Shown here piece after piece: positions 55,265-64,000 of a DNA stretch of 64,000 bases (positions within the stretch are counted from its first letter, which is position 1; each line of letters starts with the position of its first letter). The translations under genes and the position numbers were made by a program. Source of the DNA: Lingula anatina (taxonomy: Eukaryota; Animalia; Brachiopoda); contig CM120646.1 in the NCBI GenBank assembly GCA_051362555.1, positions 15,686,001 through 15,750,000 of the forward strand, read 5' to 3'. The notes beneath the pieces were generated by a model. It was not told the DNA's origin and made no database searches. It worked only from the letters and a program-made list of their open reading frames with translations.

Positions 55265-55621
55265 TAAGAAACAATTGTAACGTTCGCTGAGTTATGTATA
55301 TTACGTTAAGGCTCAATATCTCCGCGACTTTTATTATTAACTTTCACGACACGCGCATGCATCGACAAATTAAATTGGCATCATAAAATAATCTGTGAAA
55401 ATTATCTGTCATCAAGACCAATAGTAATCAAATTTGTCCAAGAGATGGCGGTTTTAATTATCATTCAAATTACCTGCGGGTAGAGATTATCTTTTAAATT
55501 CATTTTTCTTTCACTATAAATTGACGTGTGCGGCCGAATACCCTTCACAGAGAGAGAGATTGCATTCAAAGAGAAAAACAGATAAAGTCAAGGACTAATA
55601 TAAGATCTACACAACGACAGC

Positions 55622-57623
55622 ATGAAGACATTCAATAGGTGAGTCTAATATAGGGGACTAGTGGCCACATATATATCACCTAGCTTCAATAAAGCTGTCA
55701 GGGAAGTGACAGCAAGGATAGTTATGACCATTTGCAGGTTAACGCTGTTTTATTGATATAGGGGCTGAGACGCGAAGTGCTTTATTTTTTTGCCTAGCAT
55801 AGCGTCCTGCCTGTCGACAAATGGAAACCGCAGTTTTTGAACATAAGCTTAGTGTGTGTGTGCGTGTTTGCGTGCGAGCGAGCGGTCGCACATTGTTGTC
55901 GTGTCCCTATTTGTCAATTCACGTGCCCAAGAGTAACAACTGGAATTATACAATGAACATTACTAAAACTGTTCTCATGTCATTGTTTTTATCTAATTTG
56001 GCAATGGTTTTGGCTTCCCTTAAAAAATATTTTCGAAAGGAAACTTATTTATTTACAACCATGGTACTTTTTGTATAACATACAGTGATCTTTATGTATT
56101 CTCTTTACCGTTGCATTTTACTGTACTGTGTATGGCACATTCCTTAATACCTTGATTTTACGTCATTTCGCTTGAAATCTGGCACTTGTGTGTCATTGTA
56201 AATGTATCATTAGTGTTTACTTCCAGCTCGCTTCTCCTTCTACTCTCAGCGGCCATCCTCCCCGTGTTATCCTTCAGCCACTTCCCAACACGCCGTTTGC
56301 CAGCACAAATACAGAAAGAACTGCCGGAACGGCAGCTCGTCTCGGTAGCACAGGCACAACGCGGCAGAGAATGTTTCAATTACACGGGCTGCAGCGGCAG
56401 CGGCGGGGAGAACGCGCTGAATGCCAACTACCCTCTGCCGTGCTATGACTACGTTCTGACGATCGTCTTCGACGGCATGTTTGGCTGGATGTACGATAAA
56501 GACAGCTTTGCCAAGCACCAGAGACAAGCAGGCAGAGGCGAAGCACAGGCCATTGCCAAGGGCAGAGAAACGGCGGAATGGATCAAAGTAAGTGACAAGA
56601 AACAATTAAGGGGATTGAGAGGCGATAATGCAGTTGACGTAATTGTCATTACTTTTAATAAAATATGACTGGGAGGCAAGTAAAGATGACCATTTCGGTT
56701 TTTTCACCCCTCTCCCCCCATCCCACAAAATCGAAATATGAACGTTCGATGCAAAGATTTGTAATTTCTGTATAACCTTGTTCGGTATGTAAGTCTCAAC
56801 TGATGTATTTATTGACTGTGACTGTTTAGTCGGTTAGGTTGGTATCAATCCGAATTAACCTAGTTACAGGTTACAAATAATTTGTTTTAAGAGTGCGCAC
56901 TTTTCCGCCGTGGATGTAGATGGCGGGGAGGGGGGGGGGGGGGGGCAAGCGTTGGTTTGGTAAGACATCAACGCTATCTCAGTATTTTAATGAGCTAACG
57001 CTAACGTTATCTCTTTTAAAGACTACCTACGGCATCGACTTTACCTACTTGCCGGATGAAGCCTTTCTTGAGAGCACACCTGGGAATTTCGCTACTATCT
57101 ATGACGACAACGGTGGCAAAGTGATCTTCTTTAACTACCTTCTCAACCCGTCTGGAAGATACCGTCTGATCTCAGGGAGTAAAGGCAACGAGGCTTCCTT
57201 CTTCAATTCATTTGTTTCCAATGGAGGTCAGTGTTTTTCTTTTATTTCAAAGTAAATTATTTAATTTCGTTGTAATGAAGTGCTTTCGTTTCTGCACACT
57301 GCACTGCTTGTTGATCACATTGAAAACTTTTTTTCTGTCACGGAATGATGGAAATCCTGACCATTTTCACCAGGGTCGGAAATTATTCATCATTTTATGT
57401 GCTCTTTTCTTCAACGCAAGAAATGAATTAGTCAGAGACACATTAATGAATATCTAGTGAAAAAACAATCTGTGTCCCTGATAGGGGGTACTGACAATCT
57501 ATTTCATTTATTTGTTCATTTTACCCCGAGTTTCAAAGAGCCGACAACCAACTTTATTATTACAACAGGAAAATGTATAACCTCCTTTACCTGTCCCACA
57601 TTTTGCGTGAATTAACTCGAGTA

Positions 57624-57663
<40 letters not shown>

Positions 57664-58020
57664 GTTATTATTATTATTATTGCAGGCTGGGGAATTAAAG
57701 TCGAGGCCGACTTTACAACGCCGGACGGCACACACCTAGCAGCGGGAGCACAGATTTCAAAAGGGGACTACGTCATTGGCTTTTGCTCCAAAGACACCAT
57801 CTTCGGCAGTGATTATTCGGAGAGAAAGCCCTTGTCGATCGAGTATGTTTGTACTAGCTTCGTTCCCCCCACCAGCACAGTGATCATAGACTGCACCGTG
57901 GATCATCACGTCATGGGGAGCGGCACCGCACGTGGCGCCCTCTTTCCGACGCCAGGAACACCAGGGAAATATGATGGACGAAACGTTCTGGCTTTTCCTG
58001 GAACTCAGGCGTTCCCTTAA
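55622..58020 (+). CDS. Uncharacterised secreted protein, paralogue B (about 305 aa)
   Basis: Exons 55622-55638, 56227-56587, 57022-57226, 57686-58020 (phases 2,0,1, same as paralogue A). Signal-like MKTFNSSLLLLLSAAILPVLS; motifs YVLTIVFDGMFGWMYDKDSF, NYLLNPSGRYRL, NGGW, IDCTV, GSGTARGALFP, KYDGRNVLAFPGT. TATAAA at 55515-55520. Confidence 0.88.
57625..57681. repeat. (TTA)n microsatellite abutting the last acceptor of paralogue B
   Basis: The TTA run ends directly in tgcag|gctgg. Confidence 0.9.
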
Positions 58021-59077
58021 GGACTTTGGATCATGACTACCACGAGAAAAGTGACGCCCATGATACCTCAGAATGATACTAGATGTTCGCAAACGCTCCA
58101 ATCAGTCTTTCCAAAACTTTGTGTGCGCCGAAGTAGAACTTTTTAATATAAAACCATCCACTATTGAAAACAGATTGTTCCAGCAGTCGGAGAAAAATGT
58201 CAGCGTTCAGTTTTTTCTTTTCCTTTTCCACTGAATCGGCTGATACGGTAATAAAAACGTACGACAAACAGAAACCACGATTTCTATCAGTTGAGAATGT
58301 TTTGTTCGTTCCCCCCCCCCCCATTCGTATTATGCACAATATCTATCGAAATATTGTTTTACTTTCTCTATTTAAAGTTTACGAATTTTCATACATTGTT
58401 GTCATCGTCTTATATTCTGATATGATGGCATTTCATATGCAAACTTTTTAATTAAAATTCTTAAAGTACATAAATAACTAGCATGCTAGTTGTAACAGAT
58501 TTTGCTTAGTTTAAGACATTTAAGACATGGATGGAGCAAAAATCAAAATTACTGTCCAAAATATATTACAAAAGTACAACATTCATTTCTTTAAAATGTT
58601 CATCTTCAAAATACTATATCCAATATAAAACTAAACTATAAATTTACACTGAAGCTTTGATAAAAACTTCTAGTTTGCTCTTCTGGCATAAAAACAACTT
58701 GTCCTAAGCAGTCACTTTTCAGTGTACTTCTTGCCGCAGGCCAGATTGGAAAAAAAATTCCATCAAGTTTAAAAAAATACATCAAATGATAAACTTATAT
58801 AGCACTACAACATACCTTTAATAAATATCCTTAACTGAACTACTAGTTTCTCTCTGTTTTTTTATTCTTACATAAAAAAGCAGATCTAATCGGCAGTTAT
58901 TTGCAAGATCCCACTAAAAGATGGGCGTATCTCTACTTTATCCCTGACATGGCAAACTGTAGTCAAATTTGATCTATATTAAAAATTAGCATAATCATTT
59001 TATAAACAACATAATTGATAAATATATGTGAAAGTCAAAAAGAACAAGTTATCACACTGACTCTCGCTCTCTCTCTT

Positions 59078-59116
<39 letters not shown>

Positions 59117-59276
59117 CATGCACAAACACACACACACAGGGTAATAAATTTTGAGCACACAGTATGAAATGCACCAAAAATTATGATGCACAATGTCAAT
59201 ATATATCATCTTGGACCACAATTCCCTTAATTGACATTGCATGAAGACATATTGGCTGTCACATGTGACTTGTGCA

Positions 59277-59898
59277 TCATGATCTTTTCGAACTAGAATC
59301 TGTCTCATCTGGTGGAGGTCTTATCATGCGACGCCTGAAATACAAATAATGTACACTTGATTTACATAAAACAAAAGGAAAAAATGATAAAACTAAAAAT
59401 TCATTGAAAAAAAGAGACAAATAATTATAATTAGGGAAGTTTGTCCATGAAAGTGAACAAATCACAACTCACTGAAAATGCTTACGTAAGTTTAGGGTAG
59501 TGAAGATTATGAATAATTCTGTGCTCCACTATAAGTTATCAAAATTGTTGCTAGATGTCTGTACTTACAGAAGTGCATTAGCAGCTTGTAGTTCCTCTAT
59601 CTTCTGCTCAGTGGCAGCCATCCACTCCTGATACATCTGTTGCCACTTCACCTTTAACTATAATATCAAAGGAACAATCATAGATTTCTCTTGATGCTTT
59701 TTAATCATATGCTGTGCCACACAGATTAAATTTTGGTATATGGTACTTTTTTCATTTCTCATATTAAAATATTGGAATGAGGTAAAATGCAAATTTTGAA
59801 TGTATTTTTTCTGATATTATTTTAAATGTTTATTCACTGTCCAGGTGTCAAAACTTTAAAAAATTTTACAAAGAAAAATTGATATATAACAAGAACAA

Positions 59899-59945
<47 letters not shown>

Positions 59946-62673
59946 AAAGCAAGTAGTGACACAGTTATGATCATAGATTGTGTTAGGTGTGACACAACTG
60001 GAATTGTGCTGGTTGTGATGAGGATGTGACTGGATGAGTGTGAGATGGCTCAGATTGTGCTGCAAGCGGGTGATTGTTAGGAGTGGCATGACTGTCATTG
60101 TATTAGATGGGCATGATGGCATGTGTCAGAGGAGATAGGACAGAAATTGTGTAAAGAGAGATCTGACTGATATTTTGTAAGAAAAGACACTAATGCAATT
60201 GTGTTAGGTGAGACAATACTGAGTTTGGTTGTGCTGGTTGCACCATGATTGTAACATACCCTTGCCTCTATCACCTCTTCCTTCTCACATTTCTGAGCTT
60301 CACGCTCACTCATCTCTGCCAACAAGCTGCTGACCCTTTCAGTCAGGTCACTGAAATACATAGTTTCAAACTGTGTTACATCACAAAGTTAGTACTTATA
60401 ATTAACAAAATTATTTTCTAAACATTACAAGGTCTTCACTCAGACACAGACATACATAAAGAAAATTTCACCTAAAATAATCACTTCATTAACATGTTCG
60501 CTATGTATACCATTACTATCATTTCAAGTCAAGACTAGAAAAGCACTCAGCGAGCGCAGACCTCCGCCAAGGCAGCAATTTTTTATTATTATTGATGATT
60601 GATCCGGATCACCACCAAAAACTTATCATCTGTTCCTTGGCCCAATTCTGACAGTTCCTGAAAATTTCATCAAAATCGGTCCATAACTTTTTGAGGTATG
60701 TTGATGACAGACAGACAGACAGACAGACAAACAGGGGTGAAAACATAACCTCCTTGGTGGAGGTAAAAAACAATTACTAGTATTTACTCTTCAAAATCAA
60801 ATACAACCTGATAGAGCATTAAATTAAATATGCAAAAGAAAAAAAAAAAAAGAGAGAGAGACACATGCCTCCTGTGCATCCTTCAATGCCCCTCACCCCA
60901 TCCCTAAATCAAGCTCTTACACAAGTTCGACCTTTCTTCCAGAATAATAAAAAAAACAAACAAATAATTCCTTTCCATATCAAGATGCATACCCATTATG
61001 AATGGCCAGGGCAGCATTGTCTGCCTCCAGACTGCTTGCCTTCTCTGCCAGGGAGTAGTTCTCTGCCTGGAGGGTCATTATTGTGCTGTTCAAATCTTCG
61101 ATGATTTTGTCATGACCACAGTTTGTGTTCTGAAAATCCAAAGATTTTACTTGTAATGACAAATATTACAAATACAGATGATAATGCATTGTTATTGTTT
61201 TCTTTTAAGGTTTTTTAAAAGGTTTTAATAAAATATACTTTAAGTTTAAATATCCAGGTTATCCACATATATTCGAAACTGGGAGCATTTAAAAGTATGT
61301 TCAACATGTTTCTGTTGCTTACAGTAGTCCAAGAGATTTTTCTCCCTTTTATAGCTCTAATTAAAGATGTCATTTTAGAAAATTGGCCCTTTTTGTGCAA
61401 AATGTGAGATTTTAAAGCATTATATGTATGCTTTGGCAGTGTGTTCTTTTTTTTTCTTACCTCAGCACTCAACTTAGCAGCTTCTAATTTTTTCTTCAGG
61501 TCTTCCACTTCTTTTCCCTGATCAGGTCCCTGCTTAGCTTCTCTAAAACATAAAATGAAATAAAATGACAAAAATTATCTAAAAAAAAAAAAAAAACATG
61601 AATACCTCTGCAATACATATATCTTGGAATCCTGCCCTTATCTATCAAGAATGAAAACTGCCAGAGTAAGCTCTGCATTTTCTGCTGACAAATCCCCCAC
61701 CCACTTGTAAAAACAAACAAAAAAATTGCACTTTTCTTTTTAATAAGCAACTTTACTACCAAAAGATACAACCAAAGAGGCAAAAAAGTCTGACACTTAA
61801 AGGTACATCCCATAAGATTTACCTGCCAAAATGGATTTTAACCAGGAAAATAAGCAATTTTCTGGTACTTACAATCATTTATCTATCCCTCCCTGCACTT
61901 GGATTTGACCTTTGATAATTTTTTTAAAGGTTAATCTTAGCTGAAAATGACTGGCCAGTCATTATAACAGCAACCATTTTCCCATTAACTCCAATGGAAA
62001 TATCAAAATCAGGTAGCTTCCAAAAAAGAATATGTCAAGGGTTTAATCATTTTCAAGGTGTATGTAAGATTTTATAAGAAGCTGTGGATGGCAATAATAA
62101 GCATTTAGGGGATTTTCAAACCCATGGAGTGTACCTTTAATTGTTATACAGAGGAAAATTTCCCCAAATCAGGAGACTCCAGACAAAATTAGGAGAGCTG
62201 ACAGGTTCACCTACCTATTGCTAAAGGGTGTTCCTACATTGATAACTTCCCTCTCACGCTTCAGCACCGTAGTGTTCTTGGCTTTCCTCAGATCTTCTAG
62301 TCTCTTCTTTAAACTGCTCACCTCTGTCTCAAGCTAGAATGATGTCAGAAATTACAATAAAAATACTAGGAAATATCTGGTAACAATGAAATATCAATAT
62401 GTTAACCAGGTAAACAAATTTGATGAATGACTGCTGAAATACAAGTTAACTGTATATTAGATGGAGGGCACTTTGTTTTAATCAAGTAATAAACAAAGCA
62501 GAATCATTTTAGCACTTATAAACTGAGTATAATTTATTAAAGTATACAGGTATAGCATTCTTAAAAAATAAATCAGAAAAAAAACAGAAGCATACTTCTT
62601 TAACTCTGGTCCTCAAAATGGCAGCTTCTGTCCTGCTATCTGCAGTAGAATCTCTTCTTCCCTTACTTGCCAT
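59277..62673 (-). CDS. Uncharacterised coiled-coil protein (about 217 aa)
   Basis: Exons 62596-62673, 62215-62333, 61461-61542, 60993-61129, 60260-60350, 59569-59657, 59277-59334; phases 0,2,0,2,0,2 are consistent. Heptad-rich segments LRTRVKELETEVSSLKKRLEDLRK and LKVKWQQMYQEWMAATEQKIEELQAANALL. Confidence 0.85.
60534..60770 (-). mobile_element. DINE-1/HINE-like non-autonomous Helentron
   Basis: Subterminal acctccgccaagg, (GACA)n microsatellite, terminal hairpin acctccttggtggaggt and an A-run: the architecture of Helentron-associated elements. Confidence 0.75.
61801..62136. mobile_element. Kolobok-like non-autonomous DNA transposon (TTAA TSD)
   Basis: ttaa|aggtacatcccat...atggagtgtacct|ttaa; colinear with 23313-23649. 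Confidence 0.8.
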
Positions 62674-64000
62674 TATCACAACCGGTACTACTCCTTCTAA
62701 AACAATACAAAAAGACTTGTAGAATATATATATTGGTCTCATGTGCTATATTTTTGTATCTTGGGAGGGGAGAGAGCAGTGTTAAGCCAAGAAGCATGTA
62801 TTATACAGTAGGTCCCTGCCACTGTGTACACAACTGTTCTATGTGCCACAAATGAACAATTGCAAAACAGATTAAATTGGGCATCTCACATTATAATTAT
62901 TATGCCAATAATTCATTTAAAAAAAATGACAAAGATATAATGATGATTTAAGATGAAATTACATGCACTAGTATTATCTAACAGTTAAGAAATGCATGGC
63001 TTTTGTACCCATTTAATCAGACAATTTATTGTTATAATGTTATAAAAAATACATACACTGTATGTACCACTATATGCTTCTGTGGACTTTGTATGGGTTT
63101 GTGTGCCAGTATCACTTGCACAAATCGATAATTTCAACATTTACCTCCTTAAGGGTAAAGAATAGACAGATCTCTGCGCAAGTGTTCAACTAGGCTAATT
63201 AGAAAGTGCACTATCATCCCCCACAAGTATTCAACTAATGACTTGGGTAAATAGGATTATTACAACTTACAAGGGACATTAAAGCAAAGTTTGGGGACTC
63301 TGGTGTGTTGCACGGTTGCTGTGTTTTAAATTCACTTACATTTGGCTTCCCAACTGTTTCCAACATTTGTGTAGGTACAAACATGGCACTAAATCTTACT
63401 GAGGTACAGTCATTTAAGATCATGAGACAGACTCGATCACACTCCTTTCACTGCTGCAGGTGTCTGATGAGACTGCCACCTAGTGGAGATTATATAAATT
63501 GTTTACACTAACAACGTCGCAGCAGCGCACAGGTCACTGCGCAAAGAGATTCTGCTTCCGCTGAACTCTGACCTTCGACCCACAGATTCAGATGACCGGG
63601 TGTATGGAAAATTGTCGACACAAAGCGGCTTGATATTAGAAATATTTTTCGCAATTGTTGACATATTTAAGGTGAGTAAGAGCAGGGTCGAAATTTAACC
63701 TCTCCCCCCCATGTATACTTCTCAGCATACTCAACAGGGAAGGAAATTTTCACTCTTGAAAAGGGGAAATTTAAACGTCGGCCATATTGGATCCGCTAGA
63801 GGAGGGGACAGAAACATTAGCTATTTAAATCTAGAAACATCCCTGCTCTAGGTTTCTTTAAACCGCAAGACATTGGTGAGTTTCAAAACTAAATATGTAT
63901 TCAGTATAAAAAGCGTTATATTTTCCCCAAAGAAGATGGATTTGGGCCTCCATTTGTAGCATAAATATCGCGAAGTTTAACCACTTCCTGTGGCGATAGA

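Noticed and set aside
49500-55500. Possible hidden gene, third paralogue or organellar insertion in the spacer (e.g. ATG plus donor-like site near 51009)
   Set aside because: No phase-consistent exon chain and no recognisable similarity found by eye; a homology search could still reveal something.

Overview
AT-rich, intron-containing animal genomic DNA, probably from a marine invertebrate such as a lophotrochozoan (species cannot be fixed from sequence alone). Hand splicing with GT-AG junctions and consistent phases gives eight complete genes: a 12-repeat ankyrin protein (-), XRCC1 (+, 15 coding exons), an uncharacterised type II membrane protein (-), a GM2-activator/ML-domain protein (-), CDK4/6 (+, CDK6-like), two divergently transcribed paralogous secreted proteins of an unnamed family (- and +), and an uncharacterised coiled-coil protein (-). 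There is also a candidate small spliced ORF head-to-head with XRCC1. Non-coding DNA carries non-autonomous transposons (Helentron/HINE-like, Kolobok-like, Harbinger-like, and a 110-bp-TIR element with a 5-bp TSD). No tRNA, rRNA or CRISPR array was seen. Most interesting: (1) XRCC1 carries a triplicated acidic W-[DE]-P motif resembling the APLF histone-chaperone domain; (2) the divergent pair of orphan secreted paralogues; (3) repeated short tandem duplications that straddle splice sites or the stop codon in XRCC1 and CDK6; (4) an orphan type II membrane protein.
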